From assembly GCA_964368095.1 (NCBI GenBank), contig CAYIZT010000002.1:1-52217 (forward strand): 52,217 nucleotides of DNA, in the 5' to 3' direction. Each line of letters starts with the position of its first letter. Positions within the stretch are counted from its first letter, which is position 1. The stretch is from an uncultured Methanosarcinales archaeon. Its GTDB lineage: Archaea; Nanobdellota; Nanobdellia; Woesearchaeales; GW2011-AR9. The position numbers were made by a program, and so were the translations under genes. The notes beneath the pieces were generated by a model that made no database searches, had not been told where the DNA came from, and worked only from the letters and a program-made list of their open reading frames with translations. Positions 9,839-19,287 of the stretch are shown in pieces.

Positions 9839-10546
9839 TCACCAATTCTTCCAAGGCATAGCCCCGGATTCTAGCAGTTGCTTGAATTCAAGCACATCTT
9901 TATTGGTATTCATGGATTTCCAAAATCCCTCAAATTTGAAGGCGATGACCTCTCCCTGTTCAGCCAATTCTGGCAGTACTTTATCTTCAAATTCTCCTAT
10001 ATGAAGATGCTGCAGCACTTGCTTGTTGCAGACGTAAAACCCGCCATTGATCCAGTATTCAGCCAGTCTAGGTTTTTCCCGAAATTTCTTGACATGCTGA
10101 TACTCGTTTAATTCTAACACCCCAAATTGGGAATGCAGGGGCACAGAGGTAAGTGTGACTGTTTTGTTGTTGCGAAGGTGAAAATTTACTAGAGCAGGAA
10201 CATCAACTGCAGAGAGATCATCGCCATAACTAAGCAGGAAATGGTCTCCATCGATCAGTGGTTGTACTTTACTAATCCTTTCAGATTTAGTTGATTCTAA
10301 GCCAGTATCCACAAAATGAATTTTCCATTTATCTTCCTGATTTTCTTTCTGAGAAAAGTAGTCTTTGATCTGTTCACCAAGGTAGCCGAGACAGAGAATA
10401 AACTCATTATACCCGAAAGCGGAAAAGCGTTTCATAAGATGCCAGAGCACGGCTTTATCTCCGATCTTAAGCAATGGCTTGGGAGTTTCTGCCGTAAGAG
10501 AGCCCATCCGTGTACCTTTACCACCGCATAAAATAACCACCTGCAT
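9839..10546 (-). CDS. rfbF: glucose-1-phosphate cytidylyltransferase
   Basis: MQVVILCGGKGTRMG...TPKPLLKIGDKAVLWHLMK...FILCLGYLGEQIKDYF is a close match to the RfbF family pattern. Confidence 0.8.
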   Translation of the reverse strand: MQVVILCGGKGTRMGSLTAETPKPLLKIGDKAVLWHLMKRFSAFGYNEFILCLGYLGEQIKDYFSQKENQEDKWKIHFVDTGLESTKSERISKVQPLIDGDHFLLSYGDDLSAVDVPALVNFHLRNNKTVTLTSVPLHSQFGVLELNEYQHVKKFREKPRLAEYWINGGFYVCNKQVLQHLHIGEFEDKVLPELAEQGEVIAFKFEGFWKSMNTNKDVLEFKQLLESGAMPWKNW

Positions 10547-10581
10547 ATTAAAAATGATTGAAATCGGCTATTTAAAATTTA

Positions 10582-11586
10582 TCAATCAAAGGAATATAAC
10601 TGCAGATGCCTAGCCAACACTTCCCCATTATTGATCTGTTTTTTGAGAGGGCAAACTGTTGGTTTTTGTAGCAGATGAAGGATTTTTTCTGCCAGAAGTC
10701 CTGGTTTTTGTGGGGGGACTAGGGCTTGAGCATCAAAATATTCAGGGATACCTCCTACATTAGTTGAAATATAAGGTGTTTTGGTATGTATCGCCTCTAT
10801 CAAAGAAAGAGGGACGGAAAATGTTTCTCTGGCACTATTAAGAGGATAAAGATAAATCCATGCTTTTGACAACTCTTCCTCAGGAACGACCACCTTTTTT
10901 AGGATGATGTTGCCAGGGTTTACTTTTTTGAGGTATTGATAAACGGGTCTATTTTTAGTGATTCCGCTGTCGGCTATGACTAATCGAAGATTTGGCACCT
11001 CTTTGCGAACCGATTGGAACGCCTTTAAGACTTCATAAATCCCTTTAGACGGATGTAAATGACTCATGAAGAGCAGGGTTGGTACTTTGTTTCTCTTGTT
11101 TTTTACTTTTTTTTGGTTTGGGATTAATGGGGCTATTTTTACGCTTGGAACATGCAGTGATGCTTTTTTTAGTAATATCTGTTGATAATCGGTTTGTATA
11201 GTTATTTTGTTGATTTTCTTATTTATGATGGGTTTCAGAAACGGCCACCAGATCCTTTTCCAAAATAGGTTGAGCGCTCCATCATGAATAGTCAAGTATT
11301 GTGCCTTAGCTTTTGAAAAGAGCAGAAAAGGGATGATCATCGGCGTAGGATGGATGAGGTAATGAACAACATCAGCACGCATCTTTCTGGCAGATCTTAT
11401 TCTCCAGGGCTTAGTGTAAGTGATAGGAATTCCTTCTCTGATTATCTTTTTATTGACAGGTGCAGTCGAGATGATCTCTACTTGATGGCCTTCCTTTAGC
11501 ATGGCTTGAGCTAACCACCAGGCTTGTTTCCGAATTCCTTCTCGGAGCGGAAAATGCAGATCATGCACATAATATATTATTTTCAT
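10582..11586 (-). CDS. glycosyltransferase family 4
   Basis: 334 aa. C-terminal ETFSVPLSLIEAIHTKTPYISTNVGGIPEY (E-x7-E-like). Confidence 0.7.
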   Translation of the reverse strand: MKIIYYVHDLHFPLREGIRKQAWWLAQAMLKEGHQVEIISTAPVNKKIIREGIPITYTKPWRIRSARKMRADVVHYLIHPTPMIIPFLLFSKAKAQYLTIHDGALNLFWKRIWWPFLKPIINKKINKITIQTDYQQILLKKASLHVPSVKIAPLIPNQKKVKNKRNKVPTLLFMSHLHPSKGIYEVLKAFQSVRKEVPNLRLVIADSGITKNRPVYQYLKKVNPGNIILKKVVVPEEELSKAWIYLYPLNSARETFSVPLSLIEAIHTKTPYISTNVGGIPEYFDAQALVPPQKPGLLAEKILHLLQKPTVCPLKKQINNGEVLARHLQLYSFD

Positions 11587-11587
11587 A

Positions 11588-12244
11588 TTAAGCGGTTTGG
11601 GTTATTTTTTCTTTTATTAGACCAAGGATTTCATCAACTGAGCGCTCAAGCTCCTGATCAGTCTTTACTATTTTTAAGCCAATAATTTTTGAAAGCTGCT
11701 GATACCGCCGATAATGTTCCTGCAATAAATCAAGATCCATCTCTGGCTTCCGTAGTTTTGCGGTTTGGATGTCTACATCTAACAAGAAAGTTACATCCGG
11801 TCTAGGCATTATTTTTAACAGGGCAGGAAAAATAAAACTTTGCTCCGCATAGCGATAATGTGCGTACATGTCGTAAAAATAGCGGTCTGCTAAAGTGATT
11901 TTTTGGTTCTTAAATAAAAATGGCAGTTTTAATTGGAAAAGGTATCGGCTGAGGTACTCAACGTAATAGTACATTAACATTATTTCCTGGAAAAGGCTGA
12001 ATTTATGTCCTTTAGACTTATTTTTATAACTATCTTCACTATTCATCTTATCAGCAATCTGATAATTTCTCTTTTTGAGGATGAAAGAAAGCAGTTTAGT
12101 GGTGGGCAGAAATGGTTTCCAGCCGAAATATACTGTTTTTATGTTAAGGTGATGTTCTTTTTCTAATCTTCTTTTGAGCTCAGTGATAACCGTGCTTTTT
12201 CCAGCACCGTCTGTGCCGATGAAGGAGATAATAGCTGATTTCAT
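11588..12244 (-). CDS. dTMP-kinase-like P-loop protein (paralog of the C-domain of 6384..7652)
   Basis: Walker A GTDGAGKST, YYVEYLSRYL, ADRYFYD and a PDVTFLLDV lid region. The start is set at the internal ATG 12244 (MKSAII), which removes the overlap with the upstream GT4. Confidence 0.55.
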   Translation of the reverse strand: MKSAIISFIGTDGAGKSTVITELKRRLEKEHHLNIKTVYFGWKPFLPTTKLLSFILKKRNYQIADKMNSEDSYKNKSKGHKFSLFQEIMLMYYYVEYLSRYLFQLKLPFLFKNQKITLADRYFYDMYAHYRYAEQSFIFPALLKIMPRPDVTFLLDVDIQTAKLRKPEMDLDLLQEHYRRYQQLSKIIGLKIVKTDQELERSVDEILGLIKEKITQTA

Positions 12245-12279
12245 AGGTAAGAATGCCAAATATTGATTTATAAAAGTTG

Positions 12280-13410
12280 TTACTCTTTGATCTTGGTCCT
12301 GTAAATTTCTAAGTATTTGTTGATGGCAGTATGCCAAGTAAATTTTTGCGAAGGCTTATAGCTAAACTTCCTCTTTGCGATCATATCTACTTTTTCTGCA
12401 AGGTCAAGAAGGTCTTTGCTCTTGAAAATCTGGTATTTTGCTGATACTACCTCCGGCAGGGAACCGGCATCGCTGACGATGACTGGCTTGCCTAACGAAC
12501 CTGCTTCTAAAGCATTGTACCCAAATCCTTCTGCCAGCGAAGGTACGATCACACAGTCGGCAGCTTTGATCATGGTCCCAAGCTGCGAGTACGGAAGTGA
12601 TGGTACAATTTTTACAATATCATCATGCTTATGCACCAAATCTCTAAGTTTCCGATAATTTTTTTTGTATTTCTCTTTGGTGCCGAGCATAAGAAGGATA
12701 CTGGCATTCGGAATTTTTTCTTTGATATAAGGAGCCGCTTCAATCAATTGTTCAAACCCTTTAGACGGGCCAGGCCTTCCCCATGAAAAACAGACAAATT
12801 TTTTATCGATACCAAGTTCTTTACGCAATTTTTGCGCTTCAGCTTTGCTGAAATGGCTGGGGTTCCAAAAATTATAATCAAACCCGTTGTAGACGGTGAT
12901 CGCTTTATCTTTTCCGATGTCATTATGCAGCAGATCATTTTTTGTAGCGTTGGAAACGCAGATATATCTGTCAAAAGACAGCAGATAGATCATCCTTTCC
13001 AATAAGTCATGCATGGCTGCTTTTAGTCCAGAGAAACCAGTAACTTCTTTCCATTTTCCAAGCCATATCTCATGTACTGTCAAGAAGACCGGTTTCTTGG
13101 ATAATCTGGCACCTAACCATGCCGGAGGCGCCCCGTTGAATGTAGTAGTCTGGATCACATCTGCTTTCTTGGCCAGCTGAAGAACTTTCGGGATGGAAAG
13201 GAATGAAAACAGATAACGGCTATTGAAGCAGGAAACGCGATGCACCTTCACGCCGTTGATCTCTTCAAATCTTTTTGTTTTGGGCAGTAAGGTTGTAACT
13301 ATGGCTACGCGATGCCCTTCTTTAACAAAACCTTCAGCTAAATTCTTGAACAGCACCTCTGCGCCGCCGTAATGAGGATAATAATTTTCACAGACGATAA
13401 GAATTTTCAT
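12280..13410 (-). CDS. glycosyltransferase family 4
   Basis: 376 aa. EGFGYNALEAGSLGKPVIVSDAGSLPEVV. Confidence 0.8.
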   Translation of the reverse strand: MKILIVCENYYPHYGGAEVLFKNLAEGFVKEGHRVAIVTTLLPKTKRFEEINGVKVHRVSCFNSRYLFSFLSIPKVLQLAKKADVIQTTTFNGAPPAWLGARLSKKPVFLTVHEIWLGKWKEVTGFSGLKAAMHDLLERMIYLLSFDRYICVSNATKNDLLHNDIGKDKAITVYNGFDYNFWNPSHFSKAEAQKLRKELGIDKKFVCFSWGRPGPSKGFEQLIEAAPYIKEKIPNASILLMLGTKEKYKKNYRKLRDLVHKHDDIVKIVPSLPYSQLGTMIKAADCVIVPSLAEGFGYNALEAGSLGKPVIVSDAGSLPEVVSAKYQIFKSKDLLDLAEKVDMIAKRKFSYKPSQKFTWHTAINKYLEIYRTKIKE

Positions 13411-13436
13411 ATTTGGCCTATTGGTTATAAGTGGTT

Positions 13437-13799
13437 CTAAGTTTTATTTTTTTCAGCTTCTTCAATAGCTTCTTTTCTTACGTACTTCTCTAATTTCCTC
13501 TCCAGCTTTTTGACTGTACTGTAGTTGAAAAATCCTAAGCCCAGAAGCATGAAGAATCCCAATACTACGAAGAAGTCCAGGCGCCGATAGAAATTGAGAC
13601 GACCGCTGATGAAATCAAGCGAAGAAGGTTTTATGGCGACCATCACCATAAGCACCCACCCGGCAAACCATATCACTACTTCCTTTTTGCTCAATTCTTT
13701 TCTTTTATATTTGACGAAAGTAAAATACATCATAGACATGCCGAAGATTATGCCTAATAACTGAATCCAAAATGTTGTGCTTAGCGCCATATTTTCCAC
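13437..13799 (-). CDS. small multi-pass membrane protein, DUF2304-like GT2 partner
   Basis: 120 aa with hydrophobic segments and a charged C-tail. It overlaps the 3' end of the GT2 gene, the arrangement typical of DUF2304. Confidence 0.5.
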   Translation of the reverse strand: MENMALSTTFWIQLLGIIFGMSMMYFTFVKYKRKELSKKEVVIWFAGWVLMVMVAIKPSSLDFISGRLNFYRRLDFFVVLGFFMLLGLGFFNYSTVKKLERKLEKYVRKEAIEEAEKNKT

Positions 13800-14446
13800 C
13801 CGATCATTTTTAGTACGATAGTTACTCCATCTAAAACAGTTGTCCCTTTGTACCGGTCTGCATAAATTGTTTCAATAGGGACAGTGATATGTTTTATCTT
13901 TTTTTTGCCGACCATGATAGCCATCTCTGTTTCTACATAATAATCATTTGCTTCCCAGCGGATCTGCGGATATATCTCCGTCCTGAAGCTGCGGTATCCG
14001 CATTGGCTGTCTTCTACTTTCACTCCATACAAGAGTTGCATGGTCTTGGTGATAACCTTGTTCCCTAACTTGAAAATAAAAGGCATGGATGCGGGAGTTT
14101 TCCTGCTGCCAAAAGCAGCATCATGCTGTTCCAGGGCAGATAGGAATGAGGGTATCTCCTTTGGATCGTGCTGGCCGTCAGCATCCAGGGTTACGATCTT
14201 TTTGACTCCCTGCTGCAAGGCGTAATCGCAGCCGGTCTTTAAGGCCGCTCCTTTCCCCAGATTTACTTTATGCCGCAACACCATTGCACCAGATCTTGCC
14301 GCTTCTGCTGCAGTATCGTCCTGCGATCCGTCATCAACCACGATGATATTTTTAGCGAATTTTTGTGTCTTGTTTATGACTTCAAAGATAGTTTTGCCTT
14401 CGTTATATGCGGGAATAATGACTACCTCAATAACCTCGTCAACCAT
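13781..14446 (-). CDS. GT2 polyprenyl/dolichyl-phosphate glycosyltransferase (DPM1/AglD-like)
   Basis: IIPAYNEGKTI, VVDDGSQDDT and LDADGQH motifs. Short soluble GT-A enzyme. Confidence 0.8.
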   Translation of the reverse strand: MVDEVIEVVIIPAYNEGKTIFEVINKTQKFAKNIIVVDDGSQDDTAAEAARSGAMVLRHKVNLGKGAALKTGCDYALQQGVKKIVTLDADGQHDPKEIPSFLSALEQHDAAFGSRKTPASMPFIFKLGNKVITKTMQLLYGVKVEDSQCGYRSFRTEIYPQIRWEANDYYVETEMAIMVGKKKIKHITVPIETIYADRYKGTTVLDGVTIVLKMIGWKIWR

Positions 14447-14549
14447 GTTCTATCTGCGCAGGATGCCCTTATAAAAATTATGAAAGAAGAAGAGTATAGT
14501 TTATATTTTATTTATTCCCTAATAATCTGCTCCTTTTGGGCCGGTATTT

Positions 14550-17375
14550 TTATTCATCTTCTGCAAAGAAAACATTATTTTTCTGCTTACAATTATAATC
14601 TACTTTCCAGGTTACGATCTTCCCGCCATTGATGTTCTTGGACTCATCAAATTTGCTGAAACAGGTTTGGCCGTGTCCATTCAAGAAATAAAGCTTGGTG
14701 AACATGCTGTTAGCCTGCAAAGGGTCTGTAGGAAGCATCACATAATTTTTCCCATTTGGAATTAGCACTATAGAGAATCCGGAAGTTTTACCTAAATCTT
14801 TAAACTTTTTTTCCACTACCTTATCCTGCGTAGGGTAGACCATTGAATTAGGATATATTTCGTTTTGGTCCTGGCTTTCAAATTTGGCTGTGTAATCGTT
14901 CAGGTCGATGGTTATGACAAAATTACCGCCTTGCACCGAACCGACACAACGAAGGGCAGCTTCTGAAACTTTTTCGCATGGCTGCGGTCCACCTATATAT
15001 CCCGGCCAGGGTGAAATCCAGCGGTCAGCTTCCGTAGATGCTATTTCAGCATAGTACTGATCAGCCTGATCTTCAGTTAATCCAAACTCACTAGTCATGA
15101 TAGATGATGCATCTTTCTTTTCCAGATTCTTGACTTTTTTGTACATCACCGCGCGAGTGAAATCCCAGCTGCCAAAATGTCCCCAGACGCCGGCTTTTCC
15201 GATCATGTCTTCTGAAGTGATATAATAATCTTCAGGAGGATTTTCGCAATGAGTATATTTTACCACTGCCTCTGCCTGCTGTTCTGTCAATTCAGCCATT
15301 TTTAACTTTTCTACTGCGTTATTTTTGTCTAATATCAAAATTTCATTCAAAAGCTTGATAGATTTAGGGGTGTCATTTAAGACTTTGTCCAGCTCACTGA
15401 ACGCATTATTTTGCCCGCAGTTTAACATACGTACTATGCCGACGGTCGATTTTTCGTCGTTGGTCAAGAGAGATTTTCCTACCCAATGGGCTCCCCAGGA
15501 GGTCTGTGTTCCTCCATCAAATGTGACTGGCCGTTCAGCGACCGCTTTGAACCAGTGTCCAAAATCCCACCAGGAAGTTATGATAATATTTTCCGGCGTC
15601 TGCTCGTTTATCTTAATGAGTGCGTCGTACCAGCCGTCATTCATGCTGGGGATAGAATTCTTAGCTTGATCGTATCCTGCCTTGGCAGGGCTTATGAGCA
15701 ACAATGAAAGTAATAGGAATACGATGACTTTGGTCATATTCTGGTTAAGTTTAAGTTCTTTGGAGGTCCATCTTGAAGCATAGTACCAGAATAATCCCAG
15801 GCACGTGCCTAATGCGATAGCAAAGATGGGCGTGGCCTGCAGTATGAATCTAACTCCTTTAGTGGTCGCAAACAAAGATGCGGCCAGCCAGATAGCCAAG
15901 AAAAATCCAAGATGTGGCTCTCTTTTTCCGTCAGCGTTCTTTCTCAGCAGCAGAATCATTATGCCGACAATAGCAAGTATAAACAATAATTTTCCGCCAA
16001 GAGTATTGATAACATTCTGCAAAGATACAACATTGAGCTCGGCAACGGTAGTTTTAATGTTCGGCCAAAAGGAATTTACGGCTACTGCTTTAAGATTGAT
16101 AAATTTAAATGGTCCTGATAAAAGTCTCATGAAATCAGTTACGCCGGTAAAGATAATCACAAATAAAGCGACAAGCAAGACGTATGCTCCGAAGACAATG
16201 CCAGATTCTTTTACTTCTTTTGATTTTAATACGCTCTTTGCGTTTTTCCATTGGCTGATAAGCGAGTATCCTATCTGGAAAATTATGGTTGCCAGTAAAA
16301 ATAAGGCGATATACCACCAGCCGGTCCAAGCGAACGCAAACACGCCGGTAGCGAAACCGGCTATGCCTATCCAGCATAACTTCCATTTTAATTCTTTAGC
16401 ATCAAGCACTTCTAAAAATAACCAGGTGATAAGCACGGGAAAGAAGACAGTATATACATCAGTATCAGAACTTTCCCCCGTTGTTCTAGCGACGAAAAAG
16501 GAAGCAACGGCCAGCAGAAATGCAGTGAAAAATCCTCCTGCATTGTTATTTGTCAATTTTCTTCCGATAAAAAATCCAGGTATTACCGTCAACGCAGAAA
16601 ATATCGTGCCTATAAAGAAGAACGTATACATAAGCGGGAAATCACCAAATAAGTTCAAGAACCTATGCCATGCCGCTCCGAACCAATGGTGGAAATTCCA
16701 GTAACTTTCTCTCCCCAGAGGGGCCAGTCTGTAATCATCCCACATTGTTCCTGCTTCGTCTATCCTGGTTCCAGGAAAGCCGTTCTCAAGCACGTATCTG
16801 CTTTGTTGGAAATAAAAATAAGGATCTATGCCTAATAAGTATAAAGTGCCTTCTTTGTCCCGAAATTGATCTTTATATTGCTGAGAAAGAGTTTTGGCCT
16901 GTGCAGCGAGATTTTCCTTATTTTGTTTCTGAAAATTCTGCCATTCTTTATCAACCATGGATTGTTTGTTCTGTTCCGGCAAGTACGGATACTGCTGGCC
17001 TATCTGATCTTTGATCAATCCTTGATAATAATTATTGACAGTATCATCAGCCCATCCGTCAGCCAGAGGCATGCGCTGAGGCATGGTCCGCAGATAGACG
17101 GAAACTATTACTGCAAAAAGTATGCAAGCTAAAGGGATAAGCCATCTGGCATGTTTATTGGCCATGCTTTTTACTTGCTTGAAATCTATGGAAAGAGAAT
17201 CGCCAGATTCTGGTTTGGAATGGCTTACAGGCTGAGCATGGTGTTTTGCTTCAGCGGATTTAGATTTACCCGCAAAAAGCCCAGTAATCTTTTGCTTTAG
17301 CTTAGAAAAATCTATCACTTCCTCATCTGATTTATCGGTATGATTGGTATGTTCTGGTTTTTGCTGTTCTGTCAC
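14550..17375 (-). CDS. aglB: archaeal oligosaccharyltransferase AglB (STT3 family)
   Basis: 941 aa and multi-pass. EL1 GIDPYFYF...WDDYRLAPLGRE, EL5 TVAEL (TIXE-type) and the SWWDFGHWF catalytic motif. Confidence 0.9.
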   Translation of the reverse strand: MTEQQKPEHTNHTDKSDEEVIDFSKLKQKITGLFAGKSKSAEAKHHAQPVSHSKPESGDSLSIDFKQVKSMANKHARWLIPLACILFAVIVSVYLRTMPQRMPLADGWADDTVNNYYQGLIKDQIGQQYPYLPEQNKQSMVDKEWQNFQKQNKENLAAQAKTLSQQYKDQFRDKEGTLYLLGIDPYFYFQQSRYVLENGFPGTRIDEAGTMWDDYRLAPLGRESYWNFHHWFGAAWHRFLNLFGDFPLMYTFFFIGTIFSALTVIPGFFIGRKLTNNNAGGFFTAFLLAVASFFVARTTGESSDTDVYTVFFPVLITWLFLEVLDAKELKWKLCWIGIAGFATGVFAFAWTGWWYIALFLLATIIFQIGYSLISQWKNAKSVLKSKEVKESGIVFGAYVLLVALFVIIFTGVTDFMRLLSGPFKFINLKAVAVNSFWPNIKTTVAELNVVSLQNVINTLGGKLLFILAIVGIMILLLRKNADGKREPHLGFFLAIWLAASLFATTKGVRFILQATPIFAIALGTCLGLFWYYASRWTSKELKLNQNMTKVIVFLLLSLLLISPAKAGYDQAKNSIPSMNDGWYDALIKINEQTPENIIITSWWDFGHWFKAVAERPVTFDGGTQTSWGAHWVGKSLLTNDEKSTVGIVRMLNCGQNNAFSELDKVLNDTPKSIKLLNEILILDKNNAVEKLKMAELTEQQAEAVVKYTHCENPPEDYYITSEDMIGKAGVWGHFGSWDFTRAVMYKKVKNLEKKDASSIMTSEFGLTEDQADQYYAEIASTEADRWISPWPGYIGGPQPCEKVSEAALRCVGSVQGGNFVITIDLNDYTAKFESQDQNEIYPNSMVYPTQDKVVEKKFKDLGKTSGFSIVLIPNGKNYVMLPTDPLQANSMFTKLYFLNGHGQTCFSKFDESKNINGGKIVTWKVDYNCKQKNNVFFAEDE

Positions 17376-17484
17376 GAATAAACCACCTTATGATTCAGGA
17401 ACAGGGGTTGGTTTATAAAATTTATTGTATTCAACTTATTTATTATTTTTTGGTATCTGATCAAACATTCTTTCTGGTCTGATC

Positions 17485-19287
17485 TTAGTTCAAATATAAT
17501 ATATCTTCAGTCGGATGACGATACAGCCCTTCTTTCAGTCTTTTCTGATCCAAGATATGTCCGATGATGCCGATGCTTCTGGAAAGGGCGAACAAGCCGT
17601 TCATATAGCCTATTTCGATAATTTCCCTGATCTCTTCCTCGCTGAATGCTTGTGAAGATTCAAGAGCATCGAGGAACAAGGCAGCCATGCAGCCGTCGAC
17701 GTTGAGGATTAGATTTTCTGCTTTCCGAGAAGTTATTTTTTCTACTTTGATGGCGTAGTCAAGATGCCTGGCGGAAGGGAAATCCTTTCGGGCAAATTCT
17801 TTCAGCATTTCTACTCTCAGATCGGGATTGCGGATGGATTTCACTCTATGCCCTATTCCGGGGATAAGCATGCCTTTCTGTTTCATCTCTTCTACAAAAT
17901 TTTCAGGTGTTTTGTCTTTAGCTATTGCTTCCTTGAAATATCGGCAGGCATCATCTATTGCGCCGCCGAACCGCGGACCGATGGTCAAGAGTCCGCCGCA
18001 TAATGAGGAGATAACATCTTTTCCCGCTCTGGCAGCGACGATGGCATTGTGCGCTCCTGAAACTGCCGGGCCGTGATCTGCAGTGATAAGGATGCATTTT
18101 TCCAGGAATTTGATGAAGTAAGCCGGAAGTTTTTTCTTGAACCAGAGCAAGGCCAGGAGATCTCCGATAGAATAATTCTCTTCAACAATTTTACTTATGG
18201 GCACGGTTCCATAGGTTGGTTCTTCTCCCAGATCAGAAGAGATGGTGGAAGTTATGTTGGTGGGTTTGCGGATAATTCCTTCCTTAATGGCTTCTTGATA
18301 ATCGAGAGGGACATTTCTAGGTGAAAATTCTTGGGTTTTAGGTAATTGTAAACTGTCAAAAGTTTCTTTGATAGTCTCTTCCAGTTTCTCAAAAGATCCT
18401 GGAACAATAATGCCTGCTTCTTTTAATGCTTTATTTTTTGCGGCGGCACTTTCTTCTTCCTTTCCTGCCTTTGCTCCAGCGTGGCCGAACTGTACTTCCC
18501 AGGGAAATATGTCGGCGCAGGTTCCAGGGACGAACATTATCAATGGTTTTGTTAACTGTCCTTCCTGTTTTGCTCTTATTATATCATATTCCTGTGTCCC
18601 GCCCAATTCTCCGAGGGCAACCAGCAAATTAATTTCTGGGTCGGAATCAAAACGTAAGAGATGGTCCAGCAAAGTAGATCCTGGAAATAAATCTCCGCCG
18701 ATAGCTATCCCTTCCTTAACTCCGTCAGTAGTTCTGGCGATGATATTGAACAGTTCATTCATCATGCCTCCAGATTTTGAGACTAAGCCCACACTTCCAG
18801 GACGATAAAGTTTTGCGCGGATGACATTTTCCATCTTTCCGCCGGCGTATCCGGCGATCCTGAACAATCCGGCAGCGATTCCGCCGACGGTGGATGGGCC
18901 AATTATGAGTTTATTTTTTTCTTTGGCCAAAGCGATAAGCTGCTTATTTTCTCCTTCAGGGATACCTTCTGCGACAATAACCAGGCACTTGACCGAATCA
19001 TATCGCAATGCTTCTTTAGAAGAAACATAAGCTGATCGGTGAGAAGCAAAATTGATCAATACTTCTGCTTCTTTATTTTTTTCAATAGCTTCATCAATCG
19101 TATCATAGATAGGAATTAAAATCTCTTTTTGTCCAAAAAAAGCTTTATGAAATCCTTTCCTGCTGGGATGGATGATAGCTGCTACACTTGGAGTTCTTTG
19201 ACAGAGAAAGTCGAAGTCTAACATTTGCTGTATCGGTAATGCCTTTAGGTTGTAAAAAATAGCTGTTGTTTCTTTGGTGAATCTCAT
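17485..19287 (-). CDS. aclA: ATP-citrate lyase, alpha (large) subunit
   Basis: The N-terminus (MLDFDFLC...PSVAAIIHP...EILIPIY...VLINFASHRSAY), the phospho-His loop QFGHAGAKAG and the C-terminal ITADHGPAVSGAHNAIVAARAGKD...LLTIGPRFGGAIDDA all track eukaryotic ACLY and bacterial AclA. Confidence 0.9.
   Translation of the reverse strand: MRFTKETTAIFYNLKALPIQQMLDFDFLCQRTPSVAAIIHPSRKGFHKAFFGQKEILIPIYDTIDEAIEKNKEAEVLINFASHRSAYVSSKEALRYDSVKCLVIVAEGIPEGENKQLIALAKEKNKLIIGPSTVGGIAAGLFRIAGYAGGKMENVIRAKLYRPGSVGLVSKSGGMMNELFNIIARTTDGVKEGIAIGGDLFPGSTLLDHLLRFDSDPEINLLVALGELGGTQEYDIIRAKQEGQLTKPLIMFVPGTCADIFPWEVQFGHAGAKAGKEEESAAAKNKALKEAGIIVPGSFEKLEETIKETFDSLQLPKTQEFSPRNVPLDYQEAIKEGIIRKPTNITSTISSDLGEEPTYGTVPISKIVEENYSIGDLLALLWFKKKLPAYFIKFLEKCILITADHGPAVSGAHNAIVAARAGKDVISSLCGGLLTIGPRFGGAIDDACRYFKEAIAKDKTPENFVEEMKQKGMLIPGIGHRVKSIRNPDLRVEMLKEFARKDFPSARHLDYAIKVEKITSRKAENLILNVDGCMAALFLDALESSQAFSEEEIREIIEIGYMNGLFALSRSIGIIGHILDQKRLKEGLYRHPTEDILYLN

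Noticed and set aside
12245-12337. Upstream 31 codons of ORF 11588..12337
   Set aside because: They would overlap the 3' end of the GT4 gene by 58 nt. The P-loop follows immediately after the internal ATG at 12244.
15805-16704. 299-aa + strand ORF, plus other + ORFs between 15325 and 17132
   Set aside because: It is antisense to aglB, whose STT3 motifs are unambiguous, and it has no recognisable domain.
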